From Chitinophaga pinensis (GTDB lineage: Bacteria > Bacteroidota > Bacteroidia > NS11-12g > UBA955), in NCBI GenBank assembly GCA_945888525.1, contig CAMDAF010000007.1:17127-81126 (forward strand): DNA of 64,000 bases, written 5' to 3'. The position numbers and the translations under genes were made by a program. Position 1 is the first letter of the stretch; the number at the start of each line of letters is the position of its first letter. Below are positions 31,086 through 43,184 of this stretch, piece by piece. The notes below the pieces were generated by a model. The model was not told the origin of the DNA. It did not search any database and saw only the letters and a program-made list of their open reading frames with translations.

Positions 31086-31130
31086 CAAAATTAATGTTTA
31101 ATTGGGGCAATTATATGAGCAAAGTCATAT
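31086..31130 (-). promoter_or_regulatory. Internal promoter with CRP/FNR-type palindrome
   Basis: ATATGA-GCAAAG-TCATAT at 31113-31130; -7 element TAATTTTG (minus strand) at 31086-31093. Confidence 0.55.
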
Positions 31131-31133
31131 TTC

Positions 31134-31667
31134 TCAATAAAAAGGCGAAATCATGAAGTACACCACCACACCCGTTACAGAAACATAAAACCAAACAGGC
31201 CACACCCATCTTGTTAAGCGTTTGTGTTGTGCATATTCACCAGTTAATCCACGGTATACCGCAAACAATATAAAGGGTAAAATAATACCTGCCAATCCGA
31301 TGTGCGTAAAAAGAATGATGTAATAAATAGTTTTTATGAGTCCAACACCACCGTAGGCTGTTTCAACAGTTGTGAAATGGTACATAACATACGTCAATAA
31401 AAACAAAATAGAAAATACAACCGCCGCAAGCATAACATTGCGGTGTTTTTCAAAATCTTTTTGTTTCACAAACCAAAGACCCAACAACAAAAGAATAGCT
31501 ACTGCCGAATTCAAAGTTGCACTAATGGCAGGAAAGATATGGGTATCAAATTCAAACCCTAAATCTATTTTAACTCTTCTCATTAAAGTGACCAATGCAA
31601 ATACTACTACAGATAAAGTAATAATGATGCCGTTGGCCAAACGATCGTTTTTTGCTATTGTCTTCAT
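31134..31667 (-). CDS. DUF420 family protein (CtaM/YozB-like)
   Basis: HRNVM, FLLTYVMYH, THIGLA, HKRLTRW.WPVWFYVSVTGV. Confidence 0.9.
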   Translation of the reverse strand: MKTIAKNDRLANGIIITLSVVVFALVTLMRRVKIDLGFEFDTHIFPAISATLNSAVAILLLLGLWFVKQKDFEKHRNVMLAAVVFSILFLLTYVMYHFTTVETAYGGVGLIKTIYYIILFTHIGLAGIILPFILFAVYRGLTGEYAQHKRLTRWVWPVWFYVSVTGVVVYFMISPFY

Positions 31668-32326
31668 TTTTTATATTCAAGTTTGAGCGCACGAACAGCG
31701 TCAATTGTGAAACTCTTCTCATTTTGTCCGTTGGTATCAAAAACACCTCTAACGCGTTTTTGTTTGTCAACCAATACAATTTTGTTGCTATGGAACAAAC
31801 CGTTATGCACATCCTCAGCCCCCGGGATCTTAAAACTATTAGCAGCTAGATTGTATATCTGTGTTTTTGAACCTGTTAAAAATTGCCAATGGTTGTTTGC
31901 ATAAAAAGATTCCGCATATTTTAACAAAACCGCTGGCGAATCATTTGTTGGATCAACTGTAAAACTCAAAAAACGAATATTGGTGTCCTTGGCAAATTCT
32001 CTGTAAATATGCGTTCCAATATACCCATTCATTTTAGGACAAACAGTTTCGCAGCTTGCAAAGAAAAAGCTAACCAACAAAATTTTATCTTTATACGTAT
32101 CCAAAGTAACACTATCTCCATATTGATTGACCAATTTAAAGTCTTCAATAGTATGGTAAATGGTATCGCCTTTGGCATCCACTTCTCTTTCAAAATAAAT
32201 AGGGAGTTTTTTAGAATAGTGAACTCCAGTCTTATTTAGCATTACCCAAAGTATGGGCATACCTATCAATAAAAACAAAATGCCCAACACTTTCCATGTT
32301 GGGCTTTTTTTAGTTGTGTCAGTCAT
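31664..32326 (-). CDS. SCO1/SenC copper chaperone
   Basis: FFFASCETVCP, TVDP, conserved His in FHS. Confidence 0.92.
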   Translation of the reverse strand: MTDTTKKSPTWKVLGILFLLIGMPILWVMLNKTGVHYSKKLPIYFEREVDAKGDTIYHTIEDFKLVNQYGDSVTLDTYKDKILLVSFFFASCETVCPKMNGYIGTHIYREFAKDTNIRFLSFTVDPTNDSPAVLLKYAESFYANNHWQFLTGSKTQIYNLAANSFKIPGAEDVHNGLFHSNKIVLVDKQKRVRGVFDTNGQNEKSFTIDAVRALKLEYKK

Positions 32327-32329
32327 TAC

Positions 32330-32683
32330 TTAAAAATATTTCTCTAAACTCACATAGTTGCCCTCTATTAACAAGAAGCAAACCAAGTAAGAAAGGAATA
32401 TAACTGCTGGCAATACAATCATCCAACGAAGAAATTTAGCTTCGTAGTTCAAATGCATAAAAATACCAACAATTAAAATTGCTTTTACGATACCAAAAAC
32501 AATGAAAACAATGTTTCTTGCCATAGATGCACCGAAAGCAAAATAAATAATAAAATCCACGATGGTTATACCCAATAAAATCCAAAAGGTTCTCCATAAA
32601 CTTCCAGTACCATGCGATTCAGCATGAGGGATGTATGTTTCTGGAATATAATTTCCTTCAGTTTGTGTATGATTGTTGCTCAT
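32330..32683 (-). CDS. Cytochrome c oxidase subunit IV family
   Basis: Three TMs, KA..IV..FMHL..E motif; operon context. Confidence 0.88.
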   Translation of the reverse strand: MSNNHTQTEGNYIPETYIPHAESHGTGSLWRTFWILLGITIVDFIIYFAFGASMARNIVFIVFGIVKAILIVGIFMHLNYEAKFLRWMIVLPAVIFLSYLVCFLLIEGNYVSLEKYF

Positions 32684-32704
32684 ATTGTTGTGTTCTTTTA
32701 AAGG

Positions 32705-33457
32705 TTAGATTAAATAGTAAAAAGTAAATACGAATACCCAAACTAGGTCAACAAAGTGCCAGTATAAACCAACTTTTTCAACCATCTCGTAATGCCCTCT
32801 TCTCTCGTAAGTACCACGCATAACATTAATCCATATAATGATGTTGATGACAACACCGCTTAATACGTGGAAACCATGAAAGCCGGTAACGATGAAAAAC
32901 AAAGATGCAAATGGAACTGGTCCTGCAATTTTGTCTGCTGCAGTCCAATGGACTGGATCAAATAATTTTAGATGTTTAGCATGCTCATGAGCAGCATCGG
33001 TGAATCCAAATAAGTTTGAATCTAAACGACCACCTTCGTGTATGAACTGACTCCATTCCCATGCTTGACAGCCTAAGAAAGCAGCACCGCCCAAAACGGT
33101 TAAGAACATATATTTAGACACTTCACTTTTTGAGTTACGCTGACCGGCTTCAACAGCCAAAACCATCGTAACAGATGAAATGATTAAGATTAAAGTCATT
33201 AAACTTACAAAAAGCAAAGGCAAATGCAAGCCATGTGCGAATGGAAAGTGATTAAAAACAGTTGCTGGATCTGGCCAAGGCGTTGTACTGCCGGCATAAC
33301 TGAATCTGATGGCACCATACCCCACCAAAAGTGATGAAAATGTAAATGCATCGGATAAAAGGAAAATCCACATCATTAATTTTCCGTAGCTCACATTGAA
33401 AGGAGACCTACCCCCTGCCCATGTGCTTGTAGATGATACTGTTGAAGAGTTTGACAT
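32705..33457 (-). CDS. Cytochrome c oxidase subunit III (copy B)
   Basis: GKLMMWIFLLSDAFTF, TGFHGFHV, GLYWHFVDLVW. Confidence 0.93.
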   Translation of the reverse strand: MSNSSTVSSTSTWAGGRSPFNVSYGKLMMWIFLLSDAFTFSSLLVGYGAIRFSYAGSTTPWPDPATVFNHFPFAHGLHLPLLFVSLMTLILIISSVTMVLAVEAGQRNSKSEVSKYMFLTVLGGAAFLGCQAWEWSQFIHEGGRLDSNLFGFTDAAHEHAKHLKLFDPVHWTAADKIAGPVPFASLFFIVTGFHGFHVLSGVVINIIIWINVMRGTYERRGHYEMVEKVGLYWHFVDLVWVFVFTFYYLI

Positions 33458-33476
33458 TATAATAATTGTATCTAAA

Positions 33477-34082
33477 TTACTTTGCGAAATAAAGGAATAA
33501 AATCAAGAAAATCCATACAATTCCCAAAAAGTGCCAATAAGTTTTGCATATATTAATGAACACTAGATTTTTCTTGTGTACCTCCAATCGTGAAGACTTA
33601 ATGATAGCAACGAGCAGAAGCACTAATCCACCAACGATATGCAAAAGGTGGGCACCGGAAATTACATAGACAAAAGAGGCTGAAATTTCTCCTGCTTCCT
33701 TGTTTGACAGGTAAAGTCCCATATCAACAAGAGCAAAATAGGCGTAAAATTGAGAAACACAGAAACTTACACCCAAAATAAACGTGATTGTTAATAGGGA
33801 TGGAACCTTATAAACGTCATCATTTGTAGCTGCCTTATAGGCTAACTGCATAAAAATACTTGAAATTATGACGATTACAGCACTTACCCAGAACTGAATT
33901 GGCAATTCAAATTCAAACCATGCATTGTTTCGAATACCATCTGTTTTGTGCACCCAATAGGCGCTGCTGAATGCAATAAACAACATTGAACTAGCGACTA
34001 TGAACAACCAAATTATAAAGGTCTTTTCATTAAAAATACTTTTTTTATTAGCCGACATTTGCGGCTGTATTGTTTGTGGCAT
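33477..34082 (-). CDS. Cytochrome c oxidase subunit III (copy A)
   Basis: WLFIVASSMLF, SGAHLLH, YWHFLGIVW. Confidence 0.9.
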   Translation of the reverse strand: MPQTIQPQMSANKKSIFNEKTFIIWLFIVASSMLFIAFSSAYWVHKTDGIRNNAWFEFELPIQFWVSAVIVIISSIFMQLAYKAATNDDVYKVPSLLTITFILGVSFCVSQFYAYFALVDMGLYLSNKEAGEISASFVYVISGAHLLHIVGGLVLLLVAIIKSSRLEVHKKNLVFINICKTYWHFLGIVWIFLILFLYFAK

Positions 34083-34085
34083 ATA

Positions 34086-34982
34086 TTAAAATAAATAACT
34101 TAAAAGTACGACTGGCATGTATATTAGTGAGGCAAACATTACAGATTTCGCATCTTTAATGCTTTGGGTTTTATACAAAACGAATGTCCGATATAATAAA
34201 TAAATCCCTGCCGGGAGTATTAAAAACAAAGAATTCAAAGAACCAAATTCTATTGAGATAGGATACATCGAAATCAAAATAAGGATAACGGTATACCATA
34301 TAATTTGCAAGGCATTTTTTTTGGTTCTACCTTCGAACGAAGGCAGCAATGTATAATTGGCTTTTCTGTAATCATCATCCAATATCCAAGCAATAGACCA
34401 AAAGTGCGGGAATTGCCAAAAAAATTGAATTAAGAACAGAACAATCGCAATGTCATCTATATTACCGACCGCAGCAACCCATCCTATAGCAGGAGGCAAT
34501 GCACCAGGGATAGCACCAACAAATACCGCTAAGGGTGTTTTAACTTTCAATGGAGTATAAACCAATGAATAGACAAACAAAGAAACCAAACTTAAAAATG
34601 CCACACGTCCATTGGTAAAAAAGGCTAAGGCAAATAAGCCCAGAAGAGCGCAAACGACACTAAATATCATGGCATCATTCGTACTCATGCGACCATCCGC
34701 AATTGGACGATTTTGAGTTCTAGACATCATTTTATCTGTATCCTTCTCATAAATTTGATTGAAACCATTTGAGGCAGCGACAACCAACATGCCGCCCAAG
34801 GCTAATCCAAAACATTTTAACGGGTCGAAAGTTTCTGCTGTTTTGGCTGCACCAAGACAATAGGTAATAATTGTAGTACCCACAACAGAGGTGCTGAGTC
34901 TAACTTTACTCAGCATAAAATAGTCCTTAAAAAAAGCAGCACTTAGTTGCTCTGGTTGCTTGTTGGTACTGTGATTTGTCAA
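34086..34982 (-). CDS. cyoE: Protoheme IX farnesyltransferase (heme O synthase)
   Basis: NQIYEKDTDKMMSRT..RP, YTPLK, WQFPHF. Confidence 0.95.
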   Translation of the reverse strand: MTNHSTNKQPEQLSAAFFKDYFMLSKVRLSTSVVGTTIITYCLGAAKTAETFDPLKCFGLALGGMLVVAASNGFNQIYEKDTDKMMSRTQNRPIADGRMSTNDAMIFSVVCALLGLFALAFFTNGRVAFLSLVSLFVYSLVYTPLKVKTPLAVFVGAIPGALPPAIGWVAAVGNIDDIAIVLFLIQFFWQFPHFWSIAWILDDDYRKANYTLLPSFEGRTKKNALQIIWYTVILILISMYPISIEFGSLNSLFLILPAGIYLLYRTFVLYKTQSIKDAKSVMFASLIYMPVVLLSYLF

Positions 34983-36022
34983 ATCTTGGGAGAGTTTTTA
35001 GGTGCTCTTAAAATAGCGGTACAAATATACAAGGTAATCCCGAATATTAGGCCAGCAAAAAATATATGTGACACCTGTGCATATAGAGGAAAATTATAAC
35101 GCAAGTTCAATACGCCACTGATATATTGAAGCAGCAAAACAGCTGTTAGTGAAGACAATAATCTCAACCATTTTTTTTCCAATTTCTTACGAAGCAAATA
35201 CAAAGGGAACAAACTAATTATAATAAGCGCCATTGCGAGCAACCAATGCGTCTTGAAAACCTGTCCTAAAAAGGCAAAATTTAGATCACTTCCAACAAAC
35301 AATAAATTTTTCTCTACAGCCACATCACTTACTTCACGCAACTGTGTTCCATAAACCACTTGAATTAATGACAATAAAACAAAACCAATATAATACCACT
35401 TGTATGATTTTAACGCTTGATTTTTCTCATCGATTCTGCTGTTTACCATACTAAACATAAAGAGTGCTACCACTGCGTATGTTGCCAAATAATGTATGCT
35501 TATGATTATCGGGAACAAATTGGTGGCTACAACAATACTACCCAGCCAGGCATTGAAGAGCATCATAATAAATCCAAGCGTTCCGCACCAAAATTTAAAT
35601 CGGCTAACGTACCTTCTAATTCTTAATAAGCTAATAAAAAATATCAATGAAAAGAGCCCTGAAAAAACCCCTATAAGCCGGTTAATATATTCAATCCAAG
35701 CCTTTATAGGGTTAAACACCTCGGGCCTTAGCAAGTTGGGATCGGCCAATAATTCTTCTGATTGTTTTTCAAAGCCAATTCCAGCTAATACTTTTGCAAA
35801 CCGCTTAGCCTTTTGTATTCTCTTGTTAACGTAGAGTTCTTGATAATTTGGAGGGAGTTCGCATGAACAAACAGGCGGGAACCAAGCGCCATAGCACTTG
35901 GGCCAATCTGGACAGCCCATTCCACTGCCGGTGCTGCGAACAACACCGCCAGCAATAAGCAACAAAAAAACCGAAGATAGAGTCAAAAGACCTGATCTTC
36001 GGTTTAATTTAATATAGTTCAT
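34979..36022 (-). CDS. ctaA: Heme A synthase COX15/CtaA
   Basis: GGVVRSTGSGMGCPDWPKC, WIEYINR, eight TMs with conserved His. Confidence 0.9.
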   Translation of the reverse strand: MNYIKLNRRSGLLTLSSVFLLLIAGGVVRSTGSGMGCPDWPKCYGAWFPPVCSCELPPNYQELYVNKRIQKAKRFAKVLAGIGFEKQSEELLADPNLLRPEVFNPIKAWIEYINRLIGVFSGLFSLIFFISLLRIRRYVSRFKFWCGTLGFIMMLFNAWLGSIVVATNLFPIIISIHYLATYAVVALFMFSMVNSRIDEKNQALKSYKWYYIGFVLLSLIQVVYGTQLREVSDVAVEKNLLFVGSDLNFAFLGQVFKTHWLLAMALIIISLFPLYLLRKKLEKKWLRLLSSLTAVLLLQYISGVLNLRYNFPLYAQVSHIFFAGLIFGITLYICTAILRAPKNSPKI

Positions 36023-36047
36023 TTTATTCTAACAGATGTCAGAACTG

Positions 36048-37949
36048 TTATGCCTTCTTCATGAAAAGTGCAGCAAAAGAAGAGAAGAATACAGCACTTG
36101 CTTTTTCTTTTTTGCCTTCAAATACAGTATCAACTTGTGTTGATGGCGCATGGTAATGCTCTGGCTCTCCATCTCCAATTTCGTGTTGAGGAAAATAGTC
36201 TAACTCTCTATCAGGGCGGCTATATTCGTGAGGACCTCTGTAAACAGCTGGAATATCACCATCCCAGTTTCCATGGATATGTTTTACTTGAGTGCTCCAC
36301 TCTAAAGTGTTAGATAACCATGGGTTTTGAGTTGCTTTTTCACCTCTAAAAATACTATTGAAGAAATTGTATAAGAATAACAATTGAGCAATTCCACCTA
36401 AAAAGGCTGAAATAGTTATAAAAATATTAACATTCATCCAAATCTCAAATTCAGGAATTAATGAAAATTGATAATATCTTCTTGGAACTCCGGCTAAGCC
36501 CATAAAGTGCATTGGGAAAAACACCAAATATGCTGAAATAAAGGTCAACCAGAAATGTAGATTACCCAAAGTTTTATTCATCATTTTTCCAAACATTTTT
36601 GGGAACCAATGGTAAATACCTGCAAACATACCAAATATTGCTGCGCTACCCATTACTAAGTGGAAGTGGGCAACTACGAAATAACTATCATGCATTTGAA
36701 TATCTAATGCTGCATTTCCTAAATAGATACCCGTCAAACCTCCTGTAATAAAAAAGGAAACCAAACCAATTGCAAACATCATTGCAGGGGTAAAACGTAT
36801 GTTTCCACGCCATAAAGTAGCCAAATAGTTAAATGTTTTTACTGCAGATGGAACCGCAATAATTAAAGTTACATACATAAACATGGTTCCTAAGAAAGGA
36901 TTCATACCTGTGATGAACATATGATGACCCCAAACGATAAACGACAAGAAAGAGATACCTATTAATGAAATTACCATCGCAGTGTAACCAAAGATTGGCT
37001 TTCTGGCATTGGTAGAAATTACTTCTGAAGAAATACCCAAAGCAGGCATCAAAATGATGTAAACCTCAGGGTGACCTAAAAACCAAAATAAGTGTTGGTA
37101 TAAAACTGGACTACCACCGCTATTGGTTAAAGCACCAACACCGTTCAAGTGAATGTCACTTAAATAAAAACTGGTTCCAAAACTTCTGTCAAATATCAGC
37201 AACAAACCAGCACCTAACAATACTGGAAATGACAACAAACCTAATATGGCAGTCAGTAGGAATGCCCAAATGGTAAGCGGCAACCTATTCATTGTCATAC
37301 CTTTTGTACGCATGTTCAAAACGGTGGTAATGTAATTGATACCCCCTAATAATGCAGAAACGATAAACAATATAATAGCAACCAACCATAAAGTGGTTCC
37401 CAAACCAGAACCCGGCATTGCTTTAGACAAGGCGCTTAAAGGCGGATAAACAGTCCAACCAGATGATGCAGGACCTGTTTCAGCAAAAAATGAAGACATT
37501 AAAACACAAGATGATAGGAAGAAAAACCAATATGAAAGCATGTTCATAAATGGACTCGCCATGTCTCTTGCACCAACTTGCAAAGGAATTAACAAATTAC
37601 TGAATGTACCACTTAAACCAGCGGTTAATACATAAAACACCATGATGGTTCCATGTATGGTTACTAAGGCCATATAGAAGTTTGGATCGATCTTACCATC
37701 TTTTCCCCATTTGCCCAAAAGAGTTTCCAAAATTGGGAAAGCTTGATCTGGCCAAGCCAATTGAAGTCTAAACAATAATGACATCCCCATTCCAAAGCAT
37801 CCCATGATGATACCTGTGATTAGGAATTGCTTAGAAATCATTTTATGGTCAGTACTGAAAACATATTTGAATAAAAAGGATGGTTCATGGTGCTCGTGAT
37901 GAGCATGGCTATCAGTAGCGTGAGTGTCTTTTATTATTGATGTACTCAT
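36048..37949 (-). CDS. ctaD: Cytochrome c oxidase subunit I (A1-type)
   Basis: TDHK (D-channel), GWTVYPPLS, WFLGHPEVY, WGHH, AHFH, PRRY. Confidence 0.97.
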   Translation of the reverse strand: MSTSIIKDTHATDSHAHHEHHEPSFLFKYVFSTDHKMISKQFLITGIIMGCFGMGMSLLFRLQLAWPDQAFPILETLLGKWGKDGKIDPNFYMALVTIHGTIMVFYVLTAGLSGTFSNLLIPLQVGARDMASPFMNMLSYWFFFLSSCVLMSSFFAETGPASSGWTVYPPLSALSKAMPGSGLGTTLWLVAIILFIVSALLGGINYITTVLNMRTKGMTMNRLPLTIWAFLLTAILGLLSFPVLLGAGLLLIFDRSFGTSFYLSDIHLNGVGALTNSGGSPVLYQHLFWFLGHPEVYIILMPALGISSEVISTNARKPIFGYTAMVISLIGISFLSFIVWGHHMFITGMNPFLGTMFMYVTLIIAVPSAVKTFNYLATLWRGNIRFTPAMMFAIGLVSFFITGGLTGIYLGNAALDIQMHDSYFVVAHFHLVMGSAAIFGMFAGIYHWFPKMFGKMMNKTLGNLHFWLTFISAYLVFFPMHFMGLAGVPRRYYQFSLIPEFEIWMNVNIFITISAFLGGIAQLLFLYNFFNSIFRGEKATQNPWLSNTLEWSTQVKHIHGNWDGDIPAVYRGPHEYSRPDRELDYFPQHEIGDGEPEHYHAPSTQVDTVFEGKKEKASAVFFSSFAALFMKKA

Positions 37950-37980
37950 TGTTATAAATGTCTGTTTAATGGAATAAAAA

Positions 37981-39513
37981 TTAATTAATAGCCAATTTTT
38001 TTGTCTTATCGGCTTGCATCATTGTGTCACTGTTGTTCATAATAGCAGGAACTACAATCGGCTTTTTAATAAAAGCTGGTTGTTGTGTAGCTAACCACGC
38101 ATCAACCTCTGCTTGTGATTCAACTACAACTTTAATTTTCATGTTGTAGTGAGATACGCCACAAATTTTGTTGCAGTATAGGTAGTATTCAAAAGTTTCA
38201 CCAAATTCTTTCTTTGCTTCTACAGATGTTTTAGTAGGGCGGAAAGTGAATTTGGTTGGCATACCAGGAACCACATTCATCTGCGCTCTCATATGAGGCA
38301 ACCAAGCACTATGGATAATGTCTTTTGATCTAAAATTAAAAGTAACTAAAGTGTCTATAGCAATATGAATTTCTTGGGTTATCACATCGTCATTTGCCGC
38401 ACCATTGAATGTGGACGCGAATTGTTTGCTGTTATTTTGAATTGCTAAGATACGCTCAATTTGTTTGGTTTTTCTTTTGATTGAGGCTTCTGCTTCATCC
38501 AATTTTTCGCCGTTATTTAAGGACTCAATTTCTTTTTGAATAGACTCCATGTTTTTGTAGTCTCTCAAATTTTCAACTTCAGCAAAACTGCTTTTTAAAG
38601 CTGCTAATGCTGCGCCACTTTTAATGTCATTTATAACGATTTTTTCTCCCTCAATTTGGGCTTTTAACTCAACAATTAAAGAATCAACTTCTGGTTTGAA
38701 TGCCAAACCCAATTCGTTTTTACCTGAGATAAACTTGTAGTCAGCTATACCCATGATGCCATCATCGCCGGCATATCTAGCTTTCCATCCGAATTGATAT
38801 GCAAATATCTCTATGTTGTGAATTTTACCATTGTGGTTCTCCTCAGCATAAACGACAGATCTCCAAGTTTGGTGTCCTCTTAACACCAATAAGGTTAAAA
38901 CAATAGCAGGGATGATGGTCCAAAACACCTCTAATCGGTTGTTGTGGGCTAAATACAAAGCCTTCTGACCATCTTTGTGTGCATACTTAAATGAAAACCA
39001 AAACAACAAAAATTGAGTAGCAAAAAACACAATAGATGTTACAATTAAGGTCATCGTAAACATGCTATCATAATCAACACCATGGGCACTCGCTGAGTCG
39101 TTCAATAAAATAAGCTTTCCATGAGCGCTGTATTCCCAAATTGTCGCAATTAATCCAACGACCATGAAAATCAACATTGTCCATTTGTTTACATTGTTTT
39201 GGTTGACCGTTTCGCGACCCGTAATTTTAGCTGTGTATTTACTGATATCAAACGCATTGGCTAAAACCAATACCATTAAAATCGTAAATCCAAGAATTGC
39301 CCAATTTACTTTTGAAGATATGGCTGACTCTGCAGTATCGGCTTTTGGCGCTTCGTATGCGTATTCGTCTGCTCCAAAAAACGGCTTAGAAGCACTGAGT
39401 TGTTCTGTCGATATCCCTTTGATATCTATTGATTTGCTCATGAAAAAGGCTGCTCCTGTTAGGATAACTAGCGCCAGTGTCAATTTGAAAGTGAATTTTA
39501 AAAATGGTTTCAT
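37981..39513 (-). CDS. ctaC: Cytochrome c oxidase subunit II with extended N-terminus and internal helical insertion
   Basis: LEVFWTIIP, AYQFGW, DIIHS, CNKICGVSHYNM CuA ligands. ATG 39513 is downstream of TAAATTTG (39556-39563). Confidence 0.92.
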   Translation of the reverse strand: MKPFLKFTFKLTLALVILTGAAFFMSKSIDIKGISTEQLSASKPFFGADEYAYEAPKADTAESAISSKVNWAILGFTILMVLVLANAFDISKYTAKITGRETVNQNNVNKWTMLIFMVVGLIATIWEYSAHGKLILLNDSASAHGVDYDSMFTMTLIVTSIVFFATQFLLFWFSFKYAHKDGQKALYLAHNNRLEVFWTIIPAIVLTLLVLRGHQTWRSVVYAEENHNGKIHNIEIFAYQFGWKARYAGDDGIMGIADYKFISGKNELGLAFKPEVDSLIVELKAQIEGEKIVINDIKSGAALAALKSSFAEVENLRDYKNMESIQKEIESLNNGEKLDEAEASIKRKTKQIERILAIQNNSKQFASTFNGAANDDVITQEIHIAIDTLVTFNFRSKDIIHSAWLPHMRAQMNVVPGMPTKFTFRPTKTSVEAKKEFGETFEYYLYCNKICGVSHYNMKIKVVVESQAEVDAWLATQQPAFIKKPIVVPAIMNNSDTMMQADKTKKLAIN

Positions 39514-39644
39514 TCTAACTTGTACTTGCTTTGTTGGTCTATGTTTAAGTTGCCGCAAATTTATTGTTATTTTCAAAATAATCTAAAAAAATTATTGCCT
39601 TTTTTCCATTAATTACATTATTTAGAATGAGTATAAAATTAAAA

Positions 39645-40130
39645 TTATCTCAAACGGTCTGCAGATGCCAATAAATCAAGGTCTTTCCTTATTCCTCTTA
39701 CGGCTAAAAAATTCAAAATTAATATGACTAATAACAAAAATATTGGCCAGTTCATTCCCAAATCTTGAAATGTGATTCCATTTGTTCCGCCAATTCTCTC
39801 CTTTATTAAGTATACATTAATTAATACAATTGCAATTGCCCCAAAATTCGCTGTAACTAAGGTCAATTGCCTATTTAAATTTCCATAAAAAAATATTGTA
39901 GCCATTGACAATAAAGCCACTAAGGTCATGGAAACCGGAATTTCAAATCTGCTTGTTTTCTGAGAATTCTCGCAGCCTAGCGTGCTGCTTATTGCATTTA
40001 TCTTGTAATCGATTGACGCACCATCCTTTTGAAGTGCCTTACCCTTGTACAAAGTTATATCTGTTAGTGCCATTATCAAACAAATTATAGAAATCAAAAA
40101 CAAATAGATAGATTGCTGACGTTGTATCAT
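39645..40130 (-). CDS. DUF4293 family membrane protein
   Basis: MIQR.QSIYL N-terminus and LA.RGIRKD..L..SADRLR C-terminus. Confidence 0.88.
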   Translation of the reverse strand: MIQRQQSIYLFLISIICLIMALTDITLYKGKALQKDGASIDYKINAISSTLGCENSQKTSRFEIPVSMTLVALLSMATIFFYGNLNRQLTLVTANFGAIAIVLINVYLIKERIGGTNGITFQDLGMNWPIFLLLVILILNFLAVRGIRKDLDLLASADRLR

Positions 40131-40206
40131 TTGGCAAATTTATAGAATAAAAAAAATATTTTTTACTAAAAAATATGTAGGTTTGCACATCAATTTTTAA
40201 ACAACA

Positions 40207-40359
40207 ATGTCTGAAAAAAAATCGAAAACCGCTTATTGGATGCTTTTCTTAGTATCACTAATCACCATCACCGTTTTGATGATTTTCCTTCCTGAAGCTT
40301 TCTGGCTAGCGCTTCCTACAACTGTCGGTGGATTGGCTATGGCCATGGATTGGATTTAA
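40207..40359 (+). CDS. Small two-TM membrane protein (50 aa, below ORF-track cutoff)
   Basis: MSEKKSKTAYWMLFLVSLITITVLMIFLPEAFWLALPTTVGGLAMAMDWI. TAGGTTTG -7 element at 40178-40185, A-rich leader, downstream terminator. Confidence 0.75.
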   Translation: MSEKKSKTAYWMLFLVSLITITVLMIFLPEAFWLALPTTVGGLAMAMDWI

Positions 40360-40482
40360 TAGGATAAGAAATCACATTTTATACAGCAAGAATTATTGCT
40401 GTGTAACAGCTTAACTTGTATTCTGATTTATTTAAAACTATTTTTTCAGAACATTCTAAGCGCACCCAAATACAATTAAACA

Positions 40483-40514
40483 AAAAAACTCAGGTTTTTC
40501 AACCTGAGTTTTTT
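40483..40514. terminator. Bidirectional intrinsic terminator
   Basis: AAAAAACTCAGGTT-TTTC-AACCTGAGTTTTTT just past the eno stop. Confidence 0.85.
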
Positions 40515-40530
40515 ATTGTTATCTTATATC

Positions 40531-42956
<2,426 letters not shown>

Positions 42957-43184
42957 AGGGCGAAATTAAGTTAATTCAAAGAATTACAAAAAACAATTTA
43001 ATAACAGAAAAGAAAATCCTTGATACCAAAGGTCAAACAAGTTTTTTTTTAAAGAAATCACGTCCATTTTCTTGCCTAAAATCCAAATTTCAACTTAAGG
43101 AGGTGTCAAAAAAACCAAAGTAATTTGAAGCATTTCATGCAAACATTAAATTACGTTCCTTTTGAACTATCTTTGCAGCAGATT

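Noticed and set aside
32705-34082. Two subunit III genes as a duplication or novelty
   Set aside because: A split or paired subunit III is the normal arrangement in Bacteroidota oxidase operons.
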